64,000 nucleotides of DNA, from positions 973 through 64,972 of the forward strand of contig JALNXD010000016.1 of the NCBI GenBank assembly GCA_023230565.1, written 5' to 3'. This DNA is from Syntrophales bacterium. GTDB lineage: Bacteria; Desulfobacterota; Syntrophia; Syntrophales; UBA2210. The notes beneath the pieces are model-generated. The model saw nothing but the letters and a program-made list of their open reading frames with translations. It was not told the origin of the DNA and did no database searches. Of the stretch, positions 18,798-28,995 are shown piece by piece; position 1 is the first letter of the stretch; every line of letters starts with the position of its first letter. Position numbers and translations under genes: made by a program.

Positions 18798-21700
18798 AAG
18801 ACAGAGAACCGATAATAGAAGAATTTCCTTGGATCGGATTGTATCATAATAGCTCGGATCGGGTGTTCTGTGATATCGATGAATATCGGGCCTGGCATGA
18901 AGCGCACATATGCCGGAGAGGTGATTCCGGATACAAAGGTATTGTGGGCATTTTTTTCCCCCATTCCCTGCTGGTGAAGAAGGATCTGAAACTTATTGAC
19001 AGCCTCATCGGTGCACTGGAGGAGAGAATGATCCTCCCCGTTCCCCTCTTCGCAAAGCGGAAAGAATATGCAGGTCCCGATGTTCCCGATGCCGCCGAGG
19101 CGCTCGCAGGATTTCGCGGCGTCGATTTAATTATCAATTGTGAATCATCCTTCCTGTTGCAGAAAGACCCCGAAAAGGCAGCGAACGGCACTATTCTGGA
19201 GACGCTGAATGTTCCTGTCGTGCAGACCGTATACTCAAGCGGAAGGACCGAGGAAGAGTGGCGCAGCCATCCCCAGGGGATACAGGCGTCGGGGCAGATA
19301 TACTGGGTGGCGCAGCCTGAGTTCAACGGGGTGATCGAACCGGTGGTGACCAGCGCACGGGATACGGAACGCGACGATCCCTACGGGTTCCGCAAACCCA
19401 TTGCCGAACGGATCGAGTATCTTATGAAGCGCGTTGATGCATGGCTCAAATTGGGCAGATTGCCCGCTCGGCAAAGGAGAGTGACGTTTCTCCTCCACAA
19501 GAATCCCTGCGCCGGATCAGAGGCCGCCGTTGCCGGCGGCGCAGGACTGGATACGCTGGAAAGTGTGGTACGTATCATGCGCCGGATGAGAGAGGAGGGG
19601 TATGATGTCAGGGACTGTCCCGAAAACGGAGAGGCGCTTGTCCGTATGATCATGGAGCGCAAAGCTCTTTGCGAATTCCGCTGGACCACCGTTGATGAGA
19701 TTGTGACGAAAGGGGGCGCCGTCGATCTGATAGATCCGGACCGCTACCTTGGGTGGCTCGATGAGCTGCCGCCGGATGCCCGGAAAAAGGTCATAGATGC
19801 CTGGGGCGAACCGCCGGGCGAGGCGATGGTACACAAGGGCATGCTTGTCGTTACGGGGGTGAGGTTTGGAAAGATACATGTCCTTGTAGAGCCGAAACGC
19901 GGGTGCTACGGTGCCCGATGTGACGGAAAAGTGTGCAAGATTCTTCATGATCCGACGATTGCTCCCACGCACCATTGCCTTGCCACCTATGCCTGGGCGA
20001 GGGAAAATTCCGACGTGATGGTTTCGATGGGAACCCATGGATATATCGAATTCCTGCCGGGCAAGGGCGTTGGCCTTTCCGGATCCTGTTTTCCCGAAAT
20101 TATTGTGGGGGCCATACCGCATCTTTATCTCTATACGGTGAAAAACTGTTCCGAGGGGATCATCGCGAAACGAAGGGCCTACGCAACGCTTGTCGATCAT
20201 CTTGGCCCGACTGTGGAACCCTCGGGGCTCTCCGACGAAATGGAGGAACTGGACGACTTGTTGACACAGTGTGCACGGGCCGATGATTTCGATGAAGAAC
20301 ACAGAAAAGATGTACTTGTGGAAGAAATTCGCACCATCGCGGAACGGGCGAATCTTGTCGAGAAGGGGAGGGATATTTCTTCGGATGAGATGGTTTCAGT
20401 GCTCCATGAGAAACTGAATCTGTTCCGGGAGACACAGATCGGTGCAGGATTGCATGTGTTCGGGCAGGCACCCGATGAGGATCGGATCGCCCACATGCTC
20501 GTTTCGATAATGCGCTTCGATTCGGACAGGCCCTCCATACGAAGATTGATCCTGGAGATAATGGGATATCGGTACGATTACATCATCGATCATCAGGAAT
20601 CACTGATAGACGGTATGACCGGAGGCCAACATCTGGACCGTGCCACAGACTATGCGCTTGAACTGGTACCGCGGGTATTGAGAGAGGTGGAAAGGATTCG
20701 GGATCATATTGCCGATATCATTCCGGTGCGTAATCCAGGGCCCATCGATTCCCTGGTGGAATTACTTACATGGGCGATTCGGGATGTGGTGCCGAAACTT
20801 GCCATGACAGGCGGAGAAATTTCCCAGCTGCTTCGCGGCATGGATGCGCACTATATACAGCCGGGCGCCTCAGGTCTGATCACGAGGGGAAAAATCGATG
20901 TGCTGCCCACGGGCAGGAATTTCTACAGTGTCGATACCAGGGCGATTCCCACACGCGCCGCCTGGGCTGTGGGTATGAAAATGGCGCACAACCTCCTCCA
21001 TAGGTATCTCCATGAGGAGGGGCGATATCCGGAAAATCTCGGCATGGTGCTCTGGGCCGTCGATGCCTTCCGGGCCGACGGCGAGCAGATTGCACAGATA
21101 TTGTATCTTATGGGCGCAAGACCGGTGTGGTCCGAGGCGGGGCAGGTTATGGGAACCGAACCGATTCCGCTGAAGGAGCTGGGACGGCCCCGTATCGACG
21201 TAACGATTCGTACCAGCGGCATATTCAGAGACAATCTTTCCCATTTGATCGAACTGATCGATCGCGCTGTGAATGCCCTTGCCTCGCTGAATGAAAGGGA
21301 AGAATATAACTACATAAGAAAACATGTGAATGCCTACCGCGTCAGCAGAAAGGACGGGGAAAGCGAGGATGAGAAGACCCGGCGGGCCACATACCGTATA
21401 TTCTGCAGCCAGCCCGGGGCATACGGCGGAGGGGGTATAAACTACATGATAGCATCCAGCGCCTGGGAAACCACTGAAGATCTGGGAGAACACCACATCG
21501 AGCATGGCGGTTACGCCTATGGCGAAGGAACATGGGGGCGCATTTCACGGGGAGAATATGCCGATCGATTGAGCACCGTCGATGCAACGTACAATAAATT
21601 ATCCTCCGATGAATCCGACCCGCTCGACTGCTGCTGCTTCTATGATTTTCAAGGGGGAATGACCGCCGCGGTCAAGACAGTTGCCCATCGTGATCCCAAA

Positions 21701-22174
21701 GTGTACTGGGGAGATACCCGCGATCCTCACCGGCCGGAGACACGCCACATGAAAGACGAGATGGAAAGGGTTGCAAGAACGAAACTCCTGAACCCTCATT
21801 GGATTGAGCATATGAAAGGGCACGGGTACAGGGGGGCCGGTGACATTGCGAAAAGGGTCGGGCGCGTCTATGGATGGGATGCCTCGGCGGAAGTTGTATC
21901 GGACTGGATCTTTGACGACATTGCCAGGACCTTTGTGCTTGATAGGGAGAACAGAAAATTTTTTGAGGACCACAATCCCTGGGCGCTGGAGGAGATGACT
22001 CGGAGGCTGCTCGAAGCGGAATCCAGGGGTATGTGGAAGGCTGATACCGATGTGCTGGAAAAACTGAGAGACCGTTACCTTGAAATAGAGGGGTGGATGG
22101 AGGAGTCCATGGGAGATACGGATGGCGACTTCCAGGGCGGATCTGTCGACGTGATCACGAAACGGCATTTGTAA
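18794..22174 (+). CDS. cobN: CobN-like large subunit of a class I (ATP-dependent) metal chelatase
   Basis: 1,126 aa with the CobN/ChlH hallmark MGTHGYIEFLPGKG. The start overlaps the ATPase stop (ATGA). Confidence 0.85.
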   Translation: MKDREPIIEEFPWIGLYHNSSDRVFCDIDEYRAWHEAHICRRGDSGYKGIVGIFFPHSLLVKKDLKLIDSLIGALEERMILPVPLFAKRKEYAGPDVPDAAEALAGFRGVDLIINCESSFLLQKDPEKAANGTILETLNVPVVQTVYSSGRTEEEWRSHPQGIQASGQIYWVAQPEFNGVIEPVVTSARDTERDDPYGFRKPIAERIEYLMKRVDAWLKLGRLPARQRRVTFLLHKNPCAGSEAAVAGGAGLDTLESVVRIMRRMREEGYDVRDCPENGEALVRMIMERKALCEFRWTTVDEIVTKGGAVDLIDPDRYLGWLDELPPDARKKVIDAWGEPPGEAMVHKGMLVVTGVRFGKIHVLVEPKRGCYGARCDGKVCKILHDPTIAPTHHCLATYAWARENSDVMVSMGTHGYIEFLPGKGVGLSGSCFPEIIVGAIPHLYLYTVKNCSEGIIAKRRAYATLVDHLGPTVEPSGLSDEMEELDDLLTQCARADDFDEEHRKDVLVEEIRTIAERANLVEKGRDISSDEMVSVLHEKLNLFRETQIGAGLHVFGQAPDEDRIAHMLVSIMRFDSDRPSIRRLILEIMGYRYDYIIDHQESLIDGMTGGQHLDRATDYALELVPRVLREVERIRDHIADIIPVRNPGPIDSLVELLTWAIRDVVPKLAMTGGEISQLLRGMDAHYIQPGASGLITRGKIDVLPTGRNFYSVDTRAIPTRAAWAVGMKMAHNLLHRYLHEEGRYPENLGMVLWAVDAFRADGEQIAQILYLMGARPVWSEAGQVMGTEPIPLKELGRPRIDVTIRTSGIFRDNLSHLIELIDRAVNALASLNEREEYNYIRKHVNAYRVSRKDGESEDEKTRRATYRIFCSQPGAYGGGGINYMIASSAWETTEDLGEHHIEHGGYAYGEGTWGRISRGEYADRLSTVDATYNKLSSDESDPLDCCCFYDFQGGMTAAVKTVAHRDPKVYWGDTRDPHRPETRHMKDEMERVARTKLLNPHWIEHMKGHGYRGAGDIAKRVGRVYGWDASAEVVSDWIFDDIARTFVLDRENRKFFEDHNPWALEEMTRRLLEAESRGMWKADTDVLEKLRDRYLEIEGWMEESMGDTDGDFQGGSVDVITKRHL

Positions 22175-22192
22175 CGGCGCAATGGTGTATGT

Positions 22193-23185
22193 ATGAACGA
22201 ACTTGGGGCGGTGGGGAGCATCATTGTGCAGAGTATGGCGGACACGGGGAACGTGGCCTGTCCGGTCCTGATTGTTATGTTTCTGTCCCTGTACTGTTCT
22301 CAGGTATTGATTGAACTGGGACTGCTGAAGCGGTTTGAATTTCTCGGCAGGCCCTTTGTACGCTGTGCCCGCTTGCCCCATGAAGCTGCTGTTGCCTTTC
22401 TTGCCTCCTTCGGTACGGTACTTGCCGGTAATGCCGTTACGGCGAAGCTTTATCAGGAAAAAGTTCTCAGTCGCCGGGAGACTGTGCGGTCAGCGCTCCT
22501 GAACACCACACCTGTCTATCTGAAGGAGTCTCTGACCCATCAAATTCCCGTCATGATGCCGCTCTTGGGTCTGAAAGTGGGACTCCTCTATTTGGGGATG
22601 TTTCTTGCCACGGGGATCGTAAAAATCATGATCGTGATTTTATCAGGGACAGGGATGGGCGCAAGGCCGGATTCTCAGGCGGCACAACTGTGTGAAGAGC
22701 GAAAAGACGCCGGAGAGAGGATGAAGGTGCGGCTGCCTCGCATACTGAGGAATTCTTTTACGAAACAGGCTCGCATATTTTTACGAGTCGGAAGCATATT
22801 TATCGTTATGACATTTTGCGTATTTATGCTTGTCAACAGTGGATGTGTCGCGTCCATTTCGGGTTATGTAAGGCCTTTGACGGCATTTCTGAATCTTCCC
22901 TCGTCGGTAGTAATCCCGGTAGGAACCTATATGTTCAGTGCCGTTGCAGGAGCATCATCCATCGGTGCGATGCTCAGCGACGGTGTTCTGAATCCCCTGC
23001 AGGGATTCGCGGCATGCATTCTGGGAAGTTTTCTCATGCTTCCCCTTTTTGCACTGAGATACTCACTCCCGCGGTATGCATCCCTATTCGGATTTTCTTT
23101 GGGAACGAAGATACTGTTTATCTCCACAGGGATCGGTATGAGTACCCGGGTGATATTTTTGTTGGGAGTGATCCGGTTTCTCTAA
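22193..23185 (+). CDS. Polytopic membrane protein, possibly nucleoside-recognition (Gate/FeoB-C-like) domain
   Basis: About 8 hydrophobic segments. The N-terminal pattern resembles Gate domains. The function is not established from sequence alone. Confidence 0.5.
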   Translation: MNELGAVGSIIVQSMADTGNVACPVLIVMFLSLYCSQVLIELGLLKRFEFLGRPFVRCARLPHEAAVAFLASFGTVLAGNAVTAKLYQEKVLSRRETVRSALLNTTPVYLKESLTHQIPVMMPLLGLKVGLLYLGMFLATGIVKIMIVILSGTGMGARPDSQAAQLCEERKDAGERMKVRLPRILRNSFTKQARIFLRVGSIFIVMTFCVFMLVNSGCVASISGYVRPLTAFLNLPSSVVIPVGTYMFSAVAGASSIGAMLSDGVLNPLQGFAACILGSFLMLPLFALRYSLPRYASLFGFSLGTKILFISTGIGMSTRVIFLLGVIRFL

Positions 23186-23251
23186 AGGTACGGAATGCGT
23201 GCCGTCAAGGAGCCAGGATGATGAATCGCTTTTATTTGAAAATTATATTGG

Positions 23252-24349
23252 ATGAGGATTGTGCCTATGAACACACAACAACGTGCCTATCCCTTTACCG
23301 CGATCGTGGGACAGGACAGGATGAAGAAAGCCCTGATTTTGAATGCCATCAACCCTAAGCTGGGGGGAGTGCTTATCCGCGGTGAAAAGGGGACGGCCAA
23401 ATCGACGGCCGTGAGGTCGCTTGCGGTCCTGCTGCCCGGTCTCGATGCCATTGCCGAGTGTCCTTTCGGGTGTGATCCGGCAAGAGAAAAACGGATGTGT
23501 CAGGAATGTCTCGACCGGCTGGCGCGGGGAGAGGAATATAGTGTCCATACACGAAAAACGCGGCTTGTCGAATTGCCAGTGGGGGCCACGGAAGACCGGG
23601 TCATCGGCACTCTCGATCTGGAGCATGCCATAAAGAAGGGTGAGAAAAAGTTCGAACCGGGTCTTCTCGCCGCGGCCCATAGGGGGATTCTCTATGTGGA
23701 CGAAATTAATCTTCTTGACGATCATATTGTGGATGTGCTGCTTGACTCCGCCGCCATGGGGGTCAATTCCGTTGAACGGGAAGGGATGTCCTATGTCCAT
23801 CCTGCCGAGTTTATCCTGATTGGCACCATGAATCCGGAGGAGGGCGAACTTAGGCCGCAACTTCTCGATCGTTTCGGTCTCTGCGTACACATCGAGGGAA
23901 TCGCCGATTTGGAGAAGCGTGTGGAAGTTGTCCGAAGAAGAGCGGCCTACGAGCACGATCCAATGGAATTTTACCGCCTCTGGGAGGCGGAGGAGCGGGC
24001 ACTAAGAGAGCGGATAGTGTATGCGCGGGACATACTGGAGAAAGTGACGGTTTCAGATGAGATGCTGTACCTTATTGCCCAAATTGCCATAGACATGCAT
24101 GTCGACGGTCATCGGGCGGATATCGTAATGATGAAGGCAACCCAGACACTGGCGGCGCTGCACGGTCGCGGACAGGTCTGTGAGGACGATGTGCGTGAGG
24201 CTGCGGAAATGGCCCTTCATCACCGCATGCGGAGGAAACCGTTCCAGAAACCCGGCGCCGATGAAGAAAAAATTGCAGGGATTGTTTCGCACTCTCACTA
24301 TCACGCACATGAATACGTCAATGCACATGATCATCATCATAAATATTAA
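23252..24349 (+). CDS. ChlI/BchI-like AAA+ chelatase subunit with His-rich C-terminal tail
   Basis: [40 protein letters not shown], Walker [11 protein letters not shown]. The tail is [19 protein letters not shown]. The start could be the ATG at 23267, which has GAGGA upstream. Confidence 0.85.
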   Translation: MRIVPMNTQQRAYPFTAIVGQDRMKKALILNAINPKLGGVLIRGEKGTAKSTAVRSLAVLLPGLDAIAECPFGCDPAREKRMCQECLDRLARGEEYSVHTRKTRLVELPVGATEDRVIGTLDLEHAIKKGEKKFEPGLLAAAHRGILYVDEINLLDDHIVDVLLDSAAMGVNSVEREGMSYVHPAEFILIGTMNPEEGELRPQLLDRFGLCVHIEGIADLEKRVEVVRRRAAYEHDPMEFYRLWEAEERALRERIVYARDILEKVTVSDEMLYLIAQIAIDMHVDGHRADIVMMKATQTLAALHGRGQVCEDDVREAAEMALHHRMRRKPFQKPGADEEKIAGIVSHSHYHAHEYVNAHDHHHKY

Positions 24350-24415
24350 TCACCAAAATTATCTTCCTGTGAAAGGAGAGTGTCGGCAAAAAGATGAGGC
24401 AAAAAGAGTACAGTA

Positions 24416-26431
24416 ATGACGACGGCGACGTGGCATAAAAAGGATTTCTATCCCTTTACAGCAATCGTCGGCCAGGAGACGATGATAAAGGCGCTGATAC
24501 TGAGCGGAATTGCTCCTTCAATCGGCGGTCTTCTTATCCGTGGCGAAAAGGGAACGGCAAAATCGACGGCGGTACGGGCACTGGCGGCAGTTTTGCCGGA
24601 AATTGAAGTTGTCGCAGGGTGTGCCTTCAACTGCAATCCCGCCGCTCCCGAACATTTCTGCCCTGATTGTGCATTGAAAGCGAAAAGCGGCATCCCCCTC
24701 GATGTGGTCAAACGGCCAATTCCTTTTGTCACATTGCCTCTTGGCGCTACGGAAGACAGGGTGATAGGAAGTCTCGATATGACCAGAGCGGTGAGAGAAG
24801 GTGGGCGATGGTTCGAGCCGGGGCTTCTTGCGGCGGTGCATCGGGGGATTCTTTATGTGGATGAAGCGAATTTGCTGGATGATTCCCTGGTCGATATTAT
24901 CCTTGATTCGGCAGCTTCAGGAATAAATGTAGTGGAGCGGGAGGGTATTTCTTTCCGGCACCGGTGTGAATTCATCCTCGTCGGAACCATGAATCCGGAA
25001 GAGGGCGAACTCAGGCCCCAGTTGCTCGACCGGTTCGGCATGTGTGTTGCCGTTGAAGGCATAAGGGACCCTGACCTGCGCGTTCAGGTGATGATGCTGA
25101 AAGGAAGCTACGACAAGGACAGTCAAAACTTTGTCGCTGATTACCGGGACCGTCAGGCGGAACTTGCCGGACGGATGGATCATGCCCGGACAAGGCTCGG
25201 TCACGTTACAATCTCCGATGAAGCGGTGATGCGTTGTGCCGAACTTGCCGCCGAGGCATCCGTGGCCGGCCACCGGGCAGATGTGGCAATGGCGGAGACA
25301 GCCAGGAGTATTGCCGCCTATCGGGGTGCATCTGTTGCAACCGAAGACGATGTGAGGGAAGCTGCGGAATATGTACTTTTTCATCGTCGAAGAGAAGCGC
25401 CGCCGCATCAGGCTGAAGCGAATGATAGGGAACTGGACTGCAATGATCGATCCGATAAAAATGATAGACGGGCAAATGAACAAAGGAGTGAATCCCGCGA
25501 TCGAAACCCTTCAGGAGGGCATGGCATGCCGGATCCTGATCGCAGTGTGTTACCGGAATTCGGTTCTGAGACGAACAGCGGGGAGACAATTTTTGCAACA
25601 GGAGACCCTTTTCCCCTCTCTCTGATTCCACAAAAAAAAGATCGGATTCTCCGAAGAGGATCGGGCAGAAGGACGGTTACGCGCACCCCGTCGAAAGCGG
25701 GAAGATACGTGTTCAGCTCCATGGAGCGAAAGACTGATGATCTGGCCTTCGATGCAACCCTGCGAGCGGCGGCGCCCCATCAATCTGTGAGGGAAAAAAG
25801 GGATGTAGCCATTGCAGTCGAGGGGAGGGACATTAGGGAAAAGCGGCGGGAAAAACGCATAGGAAATTTTATTGTCTTCGTTGTGGATGCCAGCGGCTCC
25901 ATGGGGGCGGCCAAACGCATGATCGAAACAAAGAGTGCGATACTCTCACTGCTCCTTGATGCGTACCAGAAGCGTGACAAGGTGTCCATGATCGCCTTCA
26001 AGGGCAACCGTGCGGAGGTGCTGCTGCCACCTACTAACAGTGTTGAGCGTGCCCACAGACTTTTGGATGAACTTCCCACCGGTGGAAAGACGCCGCTTGC
26101 CGCCGGGATATTTTCCGGATGTCAACTTATTCGAACCCACCTGCGAAAAGATCCGCATGTCGTCCCGCTCCTGATCCTTATATCCGACGGAAAGGCAAAT
26201 GTTGGTATCGGAGGCGGAAATCCTCTTGCAGAGGCCATGGCTGCCGCTGAAGAAATAAAGGACGATGCGCGTATTCGATCCGTCGTTGTGGATGTGGAAA
26301 AAGCGGGACTCATTTCCTTAGGTCTTGCACGAAAACTCTCGCAGTGCATGGGTGCAGCCTATCTTAAAATCGAAGATCTAAAGGCGGATTACCTTTTTGA
26401 TTTTCTCAAGATATTCGTGAAGTCACAATAA
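24416..26431 (+). CDS. ChlD/BchD-like chelatase subunit (AAA+ N-domain, charged linker, C-terminal vWA)
   Basis: The N-terminal half parallels the ChlI-like protein. The linker is rich in D/R/N/E. The vWA MIDAS motif is VFVVDASGSM. Confidence 0.85.
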   Translation: MTTATWHKKDFYPFTAIVGQETMIKALILSGIAPSIGGLLIRGEKGTAKSTAVRALAAVLPEIEVVAGCAFNCNPAAPEHFCPDCALKAKSGIPLDVVKRPIPFVTLPLGATEDRVIGSLDMTRAVREGGRWFEPGLLAAVHRGILYVDEANLLDDSLVDIILDSAASGINVVEREGISFRHRCEFILVGTMNPEEGELRPQLLDRFGMCVAVEGIRDPDLRVQVMMLKGSYDKDSQNFVADYRDRQAELAGRMDHARTRLGHVTISDEAVMRCAELAAEASVAGHRADVAMAETARSIAAYRGASVATEDDVREAAEYVLFHRRREAPPHQAEANDRELDCNDRSDKNDRRANEQRSESRDRNPSGGHGMPDPDRSVLPEFGSETNSGETIFATGDPFPLSLIPQKKDRILRRGSGRRTVTRTPSKAGRYVFSSMERKTDDLAFDATLRAAAPHQSVREKRDVAIAVEGRDIREKRREKRIGNFIVFVVDASGSMGAAKRMIETKSAILSLLLDAYQKRDKVSMIAFKGNRAEVLLPPTNSVERAHRLLDELPTGGKTPLAAGIFSGCQLIRTHLRKDPHVVPLLILISDGKANVGIGGGNPLAEAMAAAEEIKDDARIRSVVVDVEKAGLISLGLARKLSQCMGAAYLKIEDLKADYLFDFLKIFVKSQ

Positions 26432-26634
26432 AGTCTTGATTATTCGTAACAAGCTTCTCATGTAGATGAGCCGGTATTATAATGGAAAGTAAAAGATGCT
26501 GTCGCATCGATTACTCAGAAAACAGGTTTTGTGCTCTTCGCAACATAAATTCGGCAATAGGCCCATAGAAGCAGATTTACTTGACTAAAACAGCGGCGTA
26601 TATTAACACACCAAGAAAAACATTGTGGTTACTT

Positions 26635-27051
26635 ATGTCGGAAATAGTTAGATTTGGAGTTTCTTTAGAGAAAACTCTCCTTGAGAAATTTGATAAACTT
26701 ATTCATAACAGAAAATATACCAATAGATCCGAGGCCCTGCGTGATCTGATAAGGCAGGAATTGTTTAAAAAAGAATGGATGAATGACAGAGAAGTTGCGG
26801 GAGCCGTTACTTTTGTTTACAACCATCACATAAGAGAACTGGCGAACAGAATTATGGATGTCCAGCATGATAATCAGAAAATGATTATTTCCACTCAACA
26901 TATCCATCTTGATCATGAAAATTGTCTCGAAATTGTTGCAGTCCGAGGAAAAGCAAAAGATGTGGAAAAAGTCGCCGATCTGTTGAAGTCAGTAAAAGGA
27001 GTCAAATACGGAACTTTAAGCATGACATGCATAAAAGAGGAAGGCGCGTAA
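26635..27051 (+). CDS. nikR: Nickel-responsive regulator NikR
   Basis: Ribbon-helix-helix N-terminus VRFGVSLEKTLLEKFDKLIHNRKYTNRSEALRDLIR. The C-terminal metal-binding domain has HHIRE...HIHLDHENCLEIV. The track ORF starts at a TTG at 26581. Confidence 0.85.
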   Translation: MSEIVRFGVSLEKTLLEKFDKLIHNRKYTNRSEALRDLIRQELFKKEWMNDREVAGAVTFVYNHHIRELANRIMDVQHDNQKMIISTQHIHLDHENCLEIVAVRGKAKDVEKVADLLKSVKGVKYGTLSMTCIKEEGA

Positions 27052-27195
27052 GCAAAACGAAATCGTTTACCTCAGAAGTATTCCAGCCTGAGAAAACCTT
27101 ATTTGATTGATCCGATTTAGTCAAAAGCAGTGCTGATTTCAGAGGAACGGTTCAGATTGAAGTCATTGATTTGTGTTTCCAATCATATTGCCGAT

Positions 27196-27960
27196 TCAGT
27201 GTACGAGAACAATGGCCATTCCTGCTGATACCCGTTTTGCAAACTGACTTTCGAGATTCAGTTGAAACCCTCTTCCAATGGGGATGTTGAAACCGGCAAA
27301 GCCGCCGATACGAGTCTCGTTTTTCAATGTAGATTCTGGGATATATGGTAATAACGATATTTTTGCTTCGGAATGGTAAAGGTATGCTCCCGTATACACT
27401 TTTATTCCCGATGTGACATGTGCCTGAAGAGCGATTCCTGCATTGACGTCCCACGGATTTTCAATGTAATATTCACTCGTGAATGCAACACCATTAAAGG
27501 TGCCTCTTACGTCGTCGCGATAATCACCGAAACTGTACGTTCCCTGAAGGAAGGCGCCGACCCCGAAGATTTCACTGAGAGGATAATACCCCTTTACACC
27601 CAAAGTTCCAGTAAATTGCCAGTTATCATTAAAATCTTCGCTGGTTTGCAGTTCATCTGATATGCGGGTGACATTTCCGACTTCAAGATCGGCAATTCCG
27701 AAGCGACCATATAATTCAAAATAGCGGGCAAATCCACGACCGAGTTCTGAATAAAATATATTTTGTGTGAAAATCCGTTCCACACCATTTTCGTAGCAAT
27801 CTTTTTTATACGTGTAGCCTATGGCTGTATGAATTCCCCCTTTGGCTTCCGTAAATGGTTCGGGGGGGCCGAAGGGTCCTGCTGCAGGCGCTGTTCCCGG
27901 ATACCGGCAGAGTGAAAGCAGGAGAAACATTGTCATCACTATGAATCGCTTCATGTTCAA
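27196..27960 (-). CDS. Outer-membrane beta-barrel protein (family not resolved)
   Basis: Signal peptide. Alternating aromatic/Gly-rich beta-strand pattern. It is the last gene of the mla operon, 21 nt after mlaA. Confidence 0.5.
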   Translation of the reverse strand: MNMKRFIVMTMFLLLSLCRYPGTAPAAGPFGPPEPFTEAKGGIHTAIGYTYKKDCYENGVERIFTQNIFYSELGRGFARYFELYGRFGIADLEVGNVTRISDELQTSEDFNDNWQFTGTLGVKGYYPLSEIFGVGAFLQGTYSFGDYRDDVRGTFNGVAFTSEYYIENPWDVNAGIALQAHVTSGIKVYTGAYLYHSEAKISLLPYIPESTLKNETRIGGFAGFNIPIGRGFQLNLESQFAKRVSAGMAIVLVH

Positions 27961-27981
27961 TACCCCTCCATTTTCATATGC

Positions 27982-28926
27982 CTAATTTATTCCGCCCGGC
28001 TTCGGCGGGTTTTTACGCTGCCGTATCATTTCTTCGCGGTATTGAATATAGGCGTGGCGAAGTGACACGTACGGATCAATCGCCGCCTCTTTGAGAATTT
28101 CATAATCGCCTATTCTGAGCGACGTGTCATTTACGATTTCGTAAGCCCGTGCTGCAATAGAAATATACCCGGGATCAACATACGAGACTGGATTGAGAAA
28201 GATATTAGTGCCGATTTCCAGCGTATCTCTGGCAGATGAAGGCCCGAAACCCGGCCAGACAATATAAAATCCGGGTCCAAAGCCGTACATTCCCAGGGTT
28301 TGACCGAAATCGGCATCATATTCGGGAATAGCCAATTCTTTCTTTGACGCCGGATCGAGGAATCCGCCGACTCCCCATAATGTATTTACAGTAAAGCGGC
28401 CCAATTCGGAACATGCTCCCTTGAAATTCGCCTGCAGCAAATTATTGACGAAGCGGATCGGGAATTTTAAATTATCAAAGAAATGGCTGATGCCGGATCG
28501 CGCGGGTTTGGGCACAACTTTACTGTAGCCTTGTGCTACCGGTTTCAATACCCGGAAGTAGAGCGTATCATTAAACTGAAACATGGCCCGGTTAAATGGT
28601 TCCAGAGGATCGGCAATCGTGAATTCTTCCTGCTCCCATTCTTCTTCCTCCCAGTCGTCATCATTAAAACCAGACTTCATTTCAACGGCTTGAGATATTT
28701 TATACGTTTCCCCCAAGTTTCTTTCAATAGTCGAAGAAGAGGCGAACATGACCGGCTGATTTTCTGAACTTTTGCCTGATACTTCTGAAGACGGCACTCG
28801 ATCCGTCGATTCGGCACTGCTATTGAGTTCTCGGGGGTCCATTGCCGCACGATCATTGTGATGAGCGCACCCCGATGCAGATATAATAACGGCAATTAAA
28901 ACCGCCTGCAATACGGCATATTTCAT
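27982..28926 (-). CDS. mlaA: MlaA/VacJ family lipoprotein
   Basis: Lipobox ISASGC and the VacJ signature DPLEPFNRAMFQFND...FFDNLKFPIRFVNNLLQ. Confidence 0.85.
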   Translation of the reverse strand: MKYAVLQAVLIAVIISASGCAHHNDRAAMDPRELNSSAESTDRVPSSEVSGKSSENQPVMFASSSTIERNLGETYKISQAVEMKSGFNDDDWEEEEWEQEEFTIADPLEPFNRAMFQFNDTLYFRVLKPVAQGYSKVVPKPARSGISHFFDNLKFPIRFVNNLLQANFKGACSELGRFTVNTLWGVGGFLDPASKKELAIPEYDADFGQTLGMYGFGPGFYIVWPGFGPSSARDTLEIGTNIFLNPVSYVDPGYISIAARAYEIVNDTSLRIGDYEILKEAAIDPYVSLRHAYIQYREEMIRQRKNPPKPGGIN

Positions 28927-28995
28927 TTTACGCCACCTGTGCGGGTATTTTAATGCACGCTTCAGCTTTCATCGGTCAACATCCGTTGCAGAGAA

